From the NCBI GenBank assembly GCA_951406725.2, contig OX597815.1, positions 91,264,001 to 91,328,000 of the forward strand: DNA of 64,000 nucleotides, read 5' to 3'. The notes beneath the pieces were generated by a model. The model was not told where the DNA came from. It ran no database searches and worked only from the letters and a program-made list of their open reading frames with translations. The DNA is from Octopus vulgaris. Lineage: Eukaryota. Below, in pieces: positions 26,176 to 40,746 of the stretch (position 1 is the stretch's first letter; every line of letters begins with the position of its first letter). Made by a program: the position numbers and the translations under genes.

Positions 26176-26429
26176 TGCATAACTAAGTAGATAGACGCTA
26201 GTGGATAACACATCCATACTTTATAAAATTCCCCACACAAAAAGATAATTAATGGAGAAGCATTACTCATAACACAACAAAATGTTCAAATAAACACACA
26301 CAAACCTGACATGCATCACAAACAATATAAACATGTGATTAAGGACATATAAATCTAACAGCCAAAGTTCAAATACTGAATGAAACATCCAAAACATGAA
26401 ACAAATTTAGTAATAAACTGTATAGATGT

Positions 26430-26805
26430 AGGCACAGGTGTAGCTGTGTTGTAATAATCTTGTTTCCCAACCACATGATTCCAAGTTCAATCTCACAGCT
26501 TAGCACCTTGGGCAAGTGTCTTCTACTATAGCCTCAGGCCAACCAAAGCTTTGTGAGTAAATTTGGTTGGTGGAAACTGGAAGGAGCCCGATGTGTGTGT
26601 GGGGGGGTGTATGTTTATCTCCCAACACTGATTGATATCTGGTGTTGGTATATTTATGTCCTTGTAATTTAGCGGCTCACAAAAGAGATCAATAGTCTAA
26701 GTACCAGACTTTAAAAAAGAAATACTGAGGTCAATTCATTCAATTAAAAATTCTTCAAGGCAGTACCCCAGCATGGCCATGACTGAAACAAGTAAAAGAT
26801 AAAGA
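26430..26805 (+). mobile_element. SINE family A, older full-length copy
   Basis: Head, body and gaaacaagtaaaagat tail align with the 14047 copy. Confidence 0.85.
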
Positions 26806-29186
26806 TATCACATAAACCTACCAAATAATTTATATCCTGCTAACAAGACAGACATCATAGTGTCCCTCTCCTAGAAGGTTGCTGAAACAAATAACACCCA
26901 GTTGTTTTACTGTGCACTCTGACACCAACCAAGGTTATTTCTACATCTTCACACTCCAATATATTCTCATTATATATACTAATTAGCCCTTTACTGAGAT
27001 CCTGACAGTTGCTATTATTCTGGGTCAGTGTGGATCTGGAAACAATAGTAGCTAAGGGGTGATAAATCGGATTGGTGTCAGGAAGGGTATTCAGCCATAA
27101 GATATTGCCTTAAAAAGTCAAATGCAAATCATTCCAGTATGGAAAGGAGGATGTAAACTAGATGGAAAAATATGTAGAAAATATACATAACTTACTATTA
27201 TGAATTTGTCACAGATATTCTGTAATAATCTCAGCCACTTTATATAAGATATAGTAAAGTAGAGCATCAGTGACAAGTTTGTTAATGTTGAATTCACAAT
27301 ACAAGATATATCTGCATACCCATGAGGAGAAATCTGTGTTCTGAGTCATCTGCTACAGAAAAATTAATAAAAATAAACAACTAATAAAACATTGCATGTG
27401 TTTTTTTTTTTTCAGTGGCCAATATGCATCTAATATGATGCAACACATAAATCTGCATGTGTATATAGATCTGAATGCAAGGCTTGTGATAGTATAGTCA
27501 ATACATTTTCTACACAGTTATTTTGCTTCTATGCTCTTTGTTTTATTGTAATTTACTCTGTCTCACTCTGCTTTTTTTACCCACCTCTCTCTCTTTCTCT
27601 CTCATATATATTGTGTATACACACACACACACATATATATATATATATGTGTGTGTGTATGTGTGTGTGTGTGTGTTTGTATGTATGTATATATGTATGT
27701 GTATATGTCTTTCTTTTTATTTCTTTTCCTATTTTTTACCCTCTTCAACTCATCTTCATTCTTTATCCTTATTTATCCAGCTACATTTTTTTGTAATATG
27801 CTCTTTTATTTCTCATTCACTTCTTATTTATTCACTTATTTTTTTCTCTTTGTTTCCTTTACTCCCTGTATACTTTTTTGGCTTCTCTCTCTCTCTCTCA
27901 GCCCCATTTTCATTTCCTAATTTTCTATCATTCTTTTATTTCATCCTCACTTTTTTATTTTGTCTTTTTCTTGTCTTCATTATTTGTCTTCATTCACCTT
28001 TCCTCTCAACTCCCATCTCTACTTCTTTCCATTCTGTATCTCATGCAACTCCTCCCTACATGCTTCCCTCTCTCTCTCTCTTTCTCTCTCTCTCATACTA
28101 CTCCTTTTCCTCTCATTCTTTCTGTCTATCATTCTCATCTTTGTCCCTCTTTATGTTTGTCATTTTTCTCTTTCTATCTTCACTTCTTTCACTCGTTCAT
28201 TCAATCTATTTTTCTTACCATCTTACTCTTTCATATTGCCCTTCTACTTCTCTTACTCTCCTTTCCTTTCCTCTCCTCTCCTCTCTCCTCCCTCCCGCCT
28301 TCTCTCTCTCTCTCCTTCTCTCTCACCCTTTCCTTTCATTCCTGAATCAAAACACATGTTGCTCACATCACGAGTAACATTAAGTTTTACCTTGCTATAA
28401 CTCGGAAAACCACAACACCATTTAGCTATATTCTCTGGCTCTGTTGGCCACTGTGCAGGAAATTAAATTCTCTTGGAGTCATTAGTTAGTTCCTGATTAT
28501 TTTCCTTTTATTATCTTCCTACAGAGATATAATTCTTCAGTGTAATCAACTGATCTTACAATAATGGTTAGCTTGAAATAAAAGAACAAAAATTATAGAA
28601 GACATAAACAAGACAGTGAGAGAAAGTCTCTCCAAGTAAAGAGACACATTTTACTATTGGTAACATCATAAAACTGCTATTAACACCATCACGTTGTCAG
28701 AGACTAGATCTTTCGATTCGCTGATATCATATTCCCTGCAATATAATCTATTAATTTCTCACACCAAGCCTTCTTGTATCTACAGTTGGACCCTGTTGGG
28801 TGATAGATCTAATATGTCATATGTCACTTATCACATCGCCCAAGGGTGTTTTAGCATACATTTAGACCTGTAGTTCCTGTCTGACAATATTTTTCCTGCA
28901 GACATTCACCAATAAGTGCTTAGGTTGGTCTTTAGTTGCATCAATGTCAGCAGTTTGCAAATACCATAGTTACTGCTCTTCTTGTGATTGTTCATTTTTT
29001 TTTAATCACTTGACCCTTTACAAGGACTCCAAGACAAATGGGAAGGAGCAGGGAAGATATCCCCAAACAAGAGATCTGGCTTGAATGCTTATAACAGACT
29101 GAACTCAGCTAAAATAATAGAAGGACAGGGCAGTGGTTTTAAAAAAAAGGCAGTAGATTAAATGTACCACACAAGTAAACCAGTGG

Positions 29187-29410
29187 TAGAATTTGAACTC
29201 AAAACACAAAGAACCAGAACAAATGCCACAAGGCATCATGCCTGATGCTCCAACAATTCTGCCAGTCCACCATCTAAATTAGTACTTTATATATCGACCA
29301 GGAAGAATGAAAACCAAGATTGACTACAACAGGAACTGAATTCAAAACACAAGAAGATATAATAAATAATACAAAGCACATTGTCTGAAACTCTAATGAT
29401 TCTGCCATTT
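29187..29410 (-). mobile_element. Two degenerate SINE family B fragments
   Basis: gaatttgaactc..attctgccagtccacc is the reverse of the family B head. Confidence 0.55.
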
Positions 29411-30539
29411 TGCAACCTAAAAAACTGAAAAAAAAAAAAACTAACTAGGATTGTTTTTGTTTTTTTGTTGTTTTTTTTTACTAGAGAATGACAGTTACAT
29501 AGCTTAATTAACTCTATTGTGATAGATTTGATGAAGAAGGTATCAGACTTTCACACTTAAATTATGAATTCAAACTATACTGATAATGCTTTGTTGTGTC
29601 TCAAGACAGATGACTTAATTCTTCGTGCCTCAATTTTCTGTTTATTTATTCTCTGTTCTCTTGGGAATAGCTACAAGATCTGAGAAATTCTACTTACCAT
29701 AGGGAAGGAATATTCATCCTATCTCTTATCTTCTTAATACTATTGAATTTTACATACTAAGCAGCAGATACAATAACCATGGGGTTAAAACAGTGTACTA
29801 TTGATTATATGGTCATGAGTTCAAACTACAGTGCAACTTTTTTGTTATATCCCCTGAGTAAGGAAAATATAAATTTTTGCTTCAGGTTGCTTGACTGATG
29901 CAGTTATATGATCAAGAGGGAAAAGTGCATTTAGATGTCAAAACAATTGCTCTTACAACAGCAAAAAACATCTATGTGAGCTATGATAACAGGAAAAATA
30001 GATTAAAGTAAAAGAAAAATATATGTAATTTTGTAATAAGATGTATGATATGATGATCATTTATTGATCTCTTGTGAGTGACCCATGGGTGTCAGTATAC
30101 TAGATCCAGTAGTATAAATAATCAATTGGTTCAGCATGCTAGATATGTTTCAATTTTGTCTTTCTTTCATGTTAAAGTTGTTATTGTTTAGCTGCAGGTG
30201 AACCTAATCAAGAAGACCTAAGATCAAAGACGTTCCAGCAGTGTATATCCAGGACTACATTGTTGAACATATTGATATTCAATATCAATGCATTGTTTTT
30301 GTTGATGTTTGACCCAAGATTAACTCTGACTGATCCTACTTATGCTTCAGGGGATTCCAACCATAACCATTCTATCTGCTTTCAGATAATGTATACTCTA
30401 GACATGGTTATGTGATTAAAATTTTTGCTTCCCAACTACATGCTTTCAGTCCCACTGTGCAGCCCCTTGGTACAAGTATCTTCTTCTGCCTCAGACTAAT
30501 CAAAGCCTTGTGAGTGAATTTGGCAATAAAAACAGAAAA

Positions 30540-30885
30540 TCGTTACCAGCGTCGCCTTACTGGCACTTGTGCCAGTGGCACGCGAAAAAAAAACATTTGG
30601 GTGAGGTCGTTGCCAGTGCCGCTGGACTGTCCCCTGTGCAGGTGGCATGTAAAAAACACCATTTGAGCATGGCCATTGCCAGTACCACCTGACTGGCCCT
30701 CGTACCGGTGGCACATAAAAGCTACACTCTCGGAGTGGTTGGTGTTAGGAAGGGCATCCAGCTGTAGAAACTCTGCCAGATCAGATTGGAGCCTGGTGTA
30801 GCCATCTGGTTCGCCAGTCCTCAGTCAAATCGTCCAACCCATGCTAGCATGGAAAGCGGACATTAAACGATGATGATGATGATGA
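30540..30885 (+). mobile_element. RTE 3' UTR and tail, abutting a family A SINE head (30400-30540)
   Basis: Near-identical to the reverse of 19458-19800; ends (GAT)n. Confidence 0.85.
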
Positions 30886-30920
30886 TATATATATATACAC
30901 ACAAATAGATAGACAGATAG

Positions 30921-30977
<57 letters not shown>

Positions 30978-31093
30978 TGTGTGTGTATATATCTATCTAT
31001 ATATATATATATATATATACATGAGTAAACACATAAATGCAAAGCAATGTGAAAAAAATAGTACTTGAATACCAAAAAGTAGAATAATATGTA

Positions 31094-31244
31094 TTTTTAT
31101 TTAAGCTGCAAAAGCATCACAAAAAAATTGCTACTCAGAGTTTCATGTTCCCATCAAGAATCTTGATCACAACTACCCAATGAATGGGAACATGAAATTC
31201 TGTGTAGCAATTCTTTTGTAATGGTTTTGTAACTTTAATAAAAA
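31094..31244. repeat. Palindromic element, ~60 bp arms
   Basis: aattgctactcagagtttcatgttcccat vs atgggaacatgaaattctgtgtagcaatt, with pairing extending to about 60 bp. Confidence 0.85.
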
Positions 31245-31264
31245 AGTATATATGTATATATATA

Positions 31265-31649
31265 TACTCTTTTTCTCTTTTACTCTTTCACTTGTTTCAA
31301 TCATTTGACTGTGGCCATGCTGGAGCACCGCCTTTAGTCGAGTAAATCAACCCCAGTCTAGTACATATTTCATTGGTCTCTTTTGCTGAACCGCTAAGTT
31401 ACAGGGACGTAAACACACCAGCATCAGTTGTCAAACAATGTTGGAAGGACAAACACAGACACACAAACATATATACACACATATATACATATATACGATG
31501 AGCTTCTTTCAGTTTCCTTCTACCAAATCCATTCACAAAGCTTTGGTCGGCCTGAGAAGATACTTGCCCAAGGTGCCACGCAGTGGGACTGAACCCGGAA
31601 CCATGTGATTGGTAAGCAAGCTACTTACCACAAAGCCTCTTCTACGCCT
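31265..31649 (-). mobile_element. SINE family A, full length
   Basis: Reverse complement of the 14047 and 32672 copies. Confidence 0.9.
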
Positions 31650-32402
31650 ATATATATATATATATATATATCATTCTAACATGAGTTGAATGGTTTGACA
31701 AGAACTAATGTGTCCCAGTAATATATCAAGTTCCAATGTCTGCTTTGGCATGGTTTTCATGGATGGCTATCCTTCATAATATCAACCACTTTACAGCATA
31801 GAATAGGTGCTTTTTTCGTTCCACCTGCACTATTGGGATTACCAGGCAATTCTCAAAACTACAAGCTCTGGGGTTGGTGGTGGGGGTCAGCTCCATGCTT
31901 AGGGGATGAGGAAGATTACAATGAGAGAGTGGAGTAGAGTAAGTACCTGCAGAAGGAACTGCATGGCAACTCACATGTAGTATGGGAAAAAGAGAGTGGG
32001 GAATGATTAGTAGGGGATGCAAGAAATAAAATGGTGATAGGGTGACCAGGTAGCACCACAAGGCAAAAGCTGAGTAGAAGTGGATGGGTGGTTTGTAAGA
32101 TTGTATTGGAAAATGAATGAGTAGTGGAGGGAAAGACTGTCAAAATAGGGAGGGTTGAAGGAAGGATGAGACAAGAGCTGAGGATGATAGAGGGATGCAG
32201 AAGTGGGAAAGAGTTTGAGTAAGTGCCACTCTAATGTTTAAAACCACAAACATTACATAAATTTTCACTTGGAACTTTTGTTTGAACTGGTGTTGAAAGC
32301 AGAGTCGGTACAGAAGCAATTGAAACTGATCATTAAAAATGTTTTAAAGTCTTCCTTTGATTTGAAGTACATACATACATACATACATACATACATACAT
32401 AC

Positions 32403-32575
32403 ATACATACCTTTAATTATTGGCGCACTGGGATATGTAACACACTGCATAAATACCAATCTTGAGAAATTAAGCTTCTCAAAACTAGAAGGGAGAAGCT
32501 GATTTGAAGACTACAGATCGAATGCAACACTAGAACTGTAAAAATTTGTAAAACTTTTCAGAAGTTTATCATTTA
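32403..32575 (+). mobile_element. C-terminus of a restriction-like-endonuclease non-LTR element
   Basis: IPLIIGALGYV..NLEKLSF..LQIECNTRTVKICKTFQKF; starts at a (TACA)n tract. Confidence 0.6.
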
Positions 32576-32671
32576 CGTATATATGAACATGCCTAGATAT
32601 ACAGCTATATGCATGAGAATACATACATAAAACAAAACATGTGAATCTGTACAATCATATACATATACATA

Positions 32672-33068
32672 GGCGCAGGAGTGGCTGCGTGGTAAGTAGC
32701 TTGTTTACCAACCACATGGTTCCAGGTTCAGTCCTACTGGCACCTTGGGCAAGTGTCTTCTACTATAGCCTCGGGCCGACCAAAGCCTTGTGAGTGGATT
32801 TAGTAGACGGAAACTGAAAGAAGCCCATCGTATATATGCATATATATATACGTGTGTGCGTGTATGTTTGTGTGTCTGTGTTTGTCCCCCTAGCATTGCT
32901 TGACAACCGATGCTGGTGTGTTTATGTCTCCGTCACTTAGCGGTTCGGCAAAAGAGACTGATAGAATAAGTACTGGGCTTACAAAGAATAAGTCCCGGGG
33001 TCGAGTTGCTCAACTAAAGGCAGTGCTCCAGCATGGCTGCAGTCAAATGACTGAAACAAGTAAAAGAC
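32672..33068 (+). mobile_element. SINE family A, full length, young
   Basis: Very close to 14047-14448 and retains many CpGs. Confidence 0.9.
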
Positions 33069-34721
33069 TCCAAAGACACACATACAAAAATACCCTGTTG
33101 ATGTTGAAATTCCAATGAAAGAGACTTAGATCTAGGTTAAAAACTAGCTCTTTCTTTATTGCCAAGAAATCTTGAAATAAAACCGAATAATGATATACGT
33201 ACATAAAATGTATTATATTATATATTATATTATCATATTGTGTGTGTGTGTGTGTCTATGTTTGTATTTGCCCTTCTCTGAAAATCAGCAGGTTATAAAT
33301 AGTGACATGATTGTCATTTCCTCTTTCAATAAATCATCCACTGGCTTTGCATCTCTGAAGACATATTGTATAAGAGAACCTTTACTTAAAAAAAAAAAGA
33401 AAGTATGACAGGAAGGGTATCTAACTGAATAACAATGCCTCAATAATCTATTCATCTAGCCCATGCAAACATGAAAAGGAAAATGATGTAAAAATGAATG
33501 GAAGAATGAAAACCTTATTTAAGATGGTAGAGAATGATATGAAAAAGATTTAGTTGTTATTTCTAGTAGGAAATGAGATCTCATTGGCTTTTCCTCATTG
33601 GTTGATTTTATGTGAATCTATGGTGTGGATGCCACATATAGTGTGGGCCCCATTTCGAATATGAGTTACATATTATTATTATACTCATCTCTCCAAATCT
33701 TTCTTCACAAGCAATTAAGAAACATTTAATTATAAATAAATTTTTGCTTATTTTTATTGGTTATGGTTGAGATACTTGCTTCACAGCTATGTGGTTCAAG
33801 GTTCAAATTTACTGCCCTGCATTTTCTACCAAGCCCCCAGGTTGGCCAAAGCTTTGTGAGTGAAATTTGGTAGATGGAAGCTGTGTGAAGGGCTATTGTA
33901 CATGTGTATATATGTGCATATGCATGAGTGTATGGATGAGGTGTATACATATATGTGTGTAAATGTATACATATATGTATGTAGGTGGGTGGGTGTGTAT
34001 ATATATATTTGCATATGTAAAACTCAATATTTGAGTAGTCAAGACTAAGCTATTTATTTACATCATTCATTCTTTTTTATGAATTTCTCTGGTTTGTGTT
34101 CTTGCATACTCATAATAATCTAGTATAGTCTGAAAATGTAGCTCTTACATTTTACCTAAATTGAGAGCTTTAGAAAATATATCGTGTGCAAATGTATATC
34201 AACATTTGAGCCATTGTGAGTCAAATCCCTCTTAAATTGCATCCTTCCTTCTTAAATAATGAAAGGACTCATCGAATAAATATGCAGGATGATCATGGCT
34301 GGAATGTTTTTGATGATGGGCTTGATTGATCAGGATTGATCTGCAGCTAAACAGCATATTCACATTGAGGTACTGTTTTTGGAGGAGGAGGAGGAGGAGG
34401 AGGAGGAGGAAGAGGAAGAAGACAACGACAACAATGACAATGATGATGATGATGACATCAACGATGACAACAATGCATGTATGTCTTCATCCATTGGCTT
34501 CATCCAGATAGAAAATGGTACCCAACCAATAGGCAATGATTCACTCAATAACCCCCTAATATTAACTGCAGCCTCACAAGGATATTGTTTTTCCTCTCTA
34601 CCACTTCTACAACTAACACAATTACTTTAGCTCTTCTGAACAAGTAAACGTTCTCCCACATCTGCCTAGCCTTAGTTTTGGCTTCACTTTCTACCCTTTT
34701 CTGTTCCCTCTTCTCTACAAC

Positions 34722-35051
34722 CAATGGTTCCCAACCAGGGCCTTAAAGCCCCTGAGGGTCTATATAAGATTTTTAGGGGTCTATGCAACAAAATAATAAA
34801 TTGTCATTGGCCCCTAAAAAAGATTTGCTTTAGATGTATACATTGGTAATACATTGCAAGAAACAGCTAGGTTTCTTTCTCAAACATTTTACATCGTTCA
34901 ACCTGCACAAGTTAATGTGTGATAAACAAAATAAGAAGTTTGAAAGAAGTTTCTTTAAAACTAGTTTTTAAACATCAAATGGCTATAGGAGTCCACCAGA
35001 ATAAAATAGTAATCAAAGAGGTCCATAGATTAAAATGATTGAAATACCCTG
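34722..35051. mobile_element. hAT (Charlie-type) MITE
   Basis: Ends caatggttcccaacc / gattgaaataccctg. Flanks ctctacaac and gtctaaac fit a degenerate 8 bp nTCTAnAn target duplication. Confidence 0.7.
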
Positions 35052-37250
35052 GTCTAAACCATTGCCCCAATCATCCTTCCAGATCTATAGTACTCTAGCA
35101 TTCTGTCTATAACCTTAACATCTGCAGTTTGGAACATAATCTGTTCTGTGTTTTCTCTTGATAAATAACACAAAAGAAACTAGACAAAACAACTATGTTT
35201 TGTAACACTAATACTCTGCCACTGCACTTATTTTTAATTTTAAATAAGTTGCTTTTGTTTCTATACTTTTATCCTCTTTTCTTACATATTAGCTACATCA
35301 CAGTTAATCTCTGAATTGCTTAGTTTATTCATTGCTTTGAAGGACCGATTTCAGGGTTATCAATATTTGGTTTGACATGTGAGAACATGAATAGTATGAT
35401 AGAAATGCCAGTGGATTTTTGAGTTTTTCTTAAATTTGTAATTTTATTTGTACAGGATGGAGTAAGAGTATTCTATAGTTGAATGGCCTTTTATTGGCAA
35501 ATCAGAGGAAAAGTGCCATTTTGACCTTAACACGGAATTTCAAGTCTCTTGAACATAGTTGACATCATCACTTTGCTTGTAGCATCATCAGTCTACTTCA
35601 TGGTTCAACCATCCCAAGGTTGTTCACAGCATATCAGTTTCTATCTATAATTTTCTCATCCTACTGGCTTGAACATCCATATAGCCTCCCTTTAGTAACA
35701 CTGCTTCCCCTATGCCCTCATAAACACCTACTCCTCTGCTTCCTCTTCCTATCACATACACGCATACACATATACACACACAACCTCATACATGCATACT
35801 CATTCACTTGCTCATTGTTTCCCTTGGCAAGCTCTCCTTTGATGAGTCCATATAGCTGTGAAGAAAGCTTCTTATCCACACAGCTATGCCAATAATTCAT
35901 TTAAAAATGAGAGCAGCTTCTCAGTTTCAAACACACTGTATTGTATAACTTATTGACATTGGAAAATATCAGTCATTGATATAAAATGAAAAAAAGATCT
36001 AGTAATTCCCAATAATAAAGTAATAATTATATCTTTAGATAACATAGAATAACAAATTATATAAAGAACAGGTTGTGGGTATTAAATGAACCAGAACAGT
36101 ATTAACATTTGTTTCATGAATGGAAGGAAGACAAGCAAACTTGATCTTGTTGAAAATTTGAACTCAAAATTTAAACAAGCAAAATAAATACTGGTATGTG
36201 GTTTAGTTTTATTGTATATCCACCATTGTTGCCATCTCAATAATAATTCGTTAAATAAAAACTACTTCACAATTTTGGACAACTCAGCAGATGGTGGCTT
36301 ACTGTGTTCATTGAATAGCTGTAACTGATATAAGAAGTGAGGAAAAATTATAAATTCTCAATAATGAAATGATGATGATGATGAAGACGACGACGACGAT
36401 GATGACAATAATAATAATACTAATAATAATAATAGAGTAATCTCAGAAAACCATATTGATAACTGCTGAATAGTCTAAGAAATGCTTGTCAAGCAGCCTT
36501 CTGAAGACATGAAAGAGAATCAATAAAATCGCCATTATTGGCAAAGCATTTTATTCTTTTATATCATTTGCTAGATACAGCATCTAATTGTTATACTGAT
36601 TCACTAGTTAACATTTTGTTTGTTGTGCAAAACTTTGGGGTTTTATTCTATTCCTCATTAGCAATTAGATGTTTTATTCTGTTCACAAGTGGCATGGCTA
36701 TAGTCTTTAAGATTGTCAGAATTACCATGAAAATATGTCTTTGAATGAAACACAGATGAATAACGGAAACTATTAGCAATAGGAAGCTATTTACCATTTC
36801 TATATATCTTGCTTTCCTTCCTTTCACTCTCTTTCTCCACACTTTCTTTCTTTCACTTCCTCACTCTTGCTCTTTTCCTCTGTATCACTCTCTCATTGTC
36901 TTCTCCCTTCAGTAAACTGATAATAGATCGAATCTCATCAAATTCCCAACATCACATAAAACCACACCCCATCACATCACACTCTATCATACCCCATACC
37001 CCATACCAACACACTGCACAAATGATAAAATATTTTATAACTAAACAATATCCAACCACTTGAAATAGAATCTTCAAAAATTCTTCAATTTTTTATTACC
37101 AAAGTTCCATATACATTATTTTACTTTTACATACTTATTACCCTTATGGTTACTATAATAATGATAATAATGATTATTATTTATATAGACGTTGTTGTTG
37201 ATGTTGTTACTATTATCATTATCTTTATTATTATTATTATTATCACTTTC

Positions 37251-37299
<49 letters not shown>

Positions 37300-40200
37300 C
37301 ATTATTATTATTATTATTATTTTTATTGTTATTATAAGTAGTAGTAGCAGCAGTATTATCATTATTATTATTCCATTATTCCTTTATAGCAAATAAAGAA
37401 ATCATCATTATCATCATAATACATCTTTTACACTTATTGTTGTTTTTGTTTGTGATGTCATTAATATTGTTGCTGTTTTTGTTGTTTAGAAATATCATTA
37501 TTTTTTATTACCATCAAAATAATAGCAATAACATTGTTGCTATTATTTGTTATAGTCATTATCACCATTGTCACTCTTAACAGTGTCGCTGTCATCATCA
37601 TAATCATCCTCATCATCACCAATACAGTCACCACCACAATCATCATCATCATCATCATTGTTGTCATCATCGTTATTATCATCATCATCATCATCATCAT
37701 CTTCTTCCCCCACATCATCATTATCATCTTTATCATAATTATCATTGTCACCTTCATTGCTCCCATTTTCATTGTTATTACTTAGTCTCAATGGTTGTTT
37801 ACAATTTGAATTCTCCATCATATATCAAAAGGACTATACTCTAATATAAAAACAACTATAGTCATGTATATCATGAAAAGTTATGTGATAAAAGAAATAC
37901 TCAAAATCCATTTGTCTTTCAATCACTAAAATAAACTAAATTTCAATAACAGAAACAAACAATAGACAAAGCTCTATTGTGTTAGAGAAGAATTAAGAAT
38001 GCACAGCTAGATTGAAGAAAAATGCCATATTTGATTTGCTCTCAGAGAAATCAGCTTGTTAAACATCCAAAAACAACTTATTCCGACTGAAATAATGTTT
38101 CTGGTTGACATTAGATCAAAAATGGTTGATTCTTTGAGAATTAAGCATCCTGAACATTAATCTTCCGTCCATTTTAAGAATAACAGCTATGGTATTTGAT
38201 TAACAATATTTGATCAAATAACATTGGTTGGAAATGGCAAATAGATATCTAGAGTTAGAGTAGAATCTTCAACAGGATAATACGCAAAAGTACTTTTGCC
38301 TGCTTCCCAATATGTTGAATACCTTATCCAAATATTTATATTACTTACAATAAAAGTGTGGTACTTGTGTGGATAAGTTTTTGAACTACCAGTGGAGCAT
38401 GGATCATAAGTTCAATCCCAATTCTAGCATTTCTAAGTTGAATTCTTTATTCTACATTGGTTCACTTTCTCACACAACCAGCTTTTGGGAATAGTTACCA
38501 GATGGACTTGAAAATATTGAAATTGAAATCAGAGACTAGTCGACTCAGTCTTCTACACTACCAGTGATTTTGATTGTAGTTCTGATTGCAGGCAACATGT
38601 AAGAGAGTTCAGTTGCTCGAGTTTTGTTCAGCTATCAACAAAGATGAGCTGAATCAAAATGATATATATTACAAAGAAAATAAACAATAATAAAACAAAA
38701 CAGGTAGGTGGGGGGGGTATATTTGACAGATACATTTAATGTATACAACCTCTCTTGCTGGTTCAAAATGTCAATTAACTCACTATAACAATAATGATTT
38801 ATCTCTAGACAGCTAATTAAAAAAAACTTAGTTCCTTGTTTTATTTTGATACTGTTCTTTACAGTTTTGAATTTTTTTCTGTACTAGTCTTAGTGAAATA
38901 GTTTTCACTAATTTCAAAATTAGTTTGCATTTAATTAGTAAGAACCAGAGATGGACAAGACTCTAAGCCAACTAACAACTGACAAAGGGTAGGCAATGTT
39001 AAACAGTTAAGTACTTAGTCTTCATAATAATAAACAAGTGCTGTATATAGTATAACTCACTGCTGTAAGCAATGGTAGTGTTATGAAATTGACAAGCACA
39101 TTGCTTGCTTCTAGTGCTGAGTTCAACTCTTCCCATAGGAAAACTCTATCTGCAATAGACTGGCAACATAATCAAGAATTTCTGTCTTATCTCCTCAGTG
39201 CTATAGAAACTATAGTTTCTGTATTGATATTACAACTGCTAGGAATTTGGAAAGGATTATCTAATTGTTAAAGCCAGTTTCTTTTTCTTTTACCGATTGA
39301 TCTTTTTTTCCTATCATTAACTTCACCGATGACATTTAGTGAGATGAAAACTTGTCAGGAGTCATTCTCCATACTACCGAAGTTCAGGTTCATTTAAACT
39401 TTAAGTTAATTCAATTTGATTTCAATGTTGTCTCCCTTGGTTTCTTGGCCAGAATTAGATAACTGTTTTTGTCCTCTTCACTTCTGATGTAATTTTAATG
39501 TTTCTAAATTTCTTAGTTCAGTACATTAAATATGCTCTACCCACTTTACTATATTTTTCTCATGCAGCAAGCATCTCCAATTTTTTTTTTGTTGTTTTTC
39601 TAATTATTCTTTACTCAGCTGTTAAATATGATTAACATTGAGCCTGTTTGTTATACAAAGACATGAAAATGTTGACCTTTGTAATAATGTAGGAATAATT
39701 AACCACAGCTATGATTCAGCTCCCTAATTTCATAGAAATTCTACTTCAACAGATATTGAAAGATATTATTTAAACTCATCCTTTATTCTTTACTTAAAAC
39801 ACACACAAAAAAGAAAACTTAAATCAAGGTCCAAGAATTTACAAGATAAAAATGCTATAAAAATTTTTCATCAATTCTGACATTAATATTTAACAAATTT
39901 TTAAAGGTTAAATTTTATTCATTGATTGATTTTATTTTCAAATTTTGTAATTTTATTCATTTCTGAAAATATTATATTTTTACACAAAAATTGAAATATA
40001 ACGCTTTTATTTTATATTTTTATTTTACTTTCTTTTTAGTTTCTTTATACTATTTTATATATGTTTGTGGTATATCAACACAAAAGTAAAAGATATATAA
40101 AATGCAGAAAAGGGATTCAAAATAAAGAGATTTTTAAAACAAAGAAAAATATTGAATTCTAAATATAATGGCAATCTTTTCTTTATTTATTCCTTATTAG

Positions 40201-40652
40201 TTTTCATTCCTCAACTATAGAAACTCTTCTGAGATAAATATTCACACACAGATGCAATCTCTTTCTCCCTCTCTCTTACTCCCTCTTATACACACACACA
40301 CACACACACAACACAATGAGTTTGCACATATATTCATCAAGAATATCTATTTATATCTATGTATAAATAGAGAATCAATCAGGCATTTACAACTTAGATA
40401 CATTGAAAATAAAAACAAATATGAATTTTTTTTTTTTTTTCAGGGAATATTTGTAATATGTAATGCAATATAGGAAGGAAAGATGGCAGAAACAGGTAGT
40501 GTTCTAAACCAAGAGCCCTATGGTATTTCAGTTCATTTAACTTCTGAGTTCAAAATCATTGAATTTGACTGTAATATCTGATATTTCAGTGGAGAGGTGA
40601 GAGTCTTCATTGGAACAAATATATATATGAGACACACGCACATATATATATG

Positions 40653-40694
<42 letters not shown>

Positions 40695-40695
40695 T

Positions 40696-40746
<51 letters not shown>

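Noticed and set aside
27523-28400. 284 aa hydrophobic ORF and overlapping ORFs
   Set aside because: CT-rich low-complexity DNA with no domain motifs.
33090-33200. Possible hammerhead relic (ccaatga..aaaaactag); similar at 35155-35190
   Set aside because: Core motifs are broken in these copies, so they cannot be supported without a consensus.
35440-35620. Plus-strand exon-like segment with a strong acceptor
   Set aside because: Stops in all frames, a poor donor and no partner exons.
37140-37821. Poly-I, poly-D and poly-M ORFs (also at 3877-4296, 9503-10060, 34326-34630)
   Set aside because: ATT, CAT and GAG trinucleotide microsatellites.
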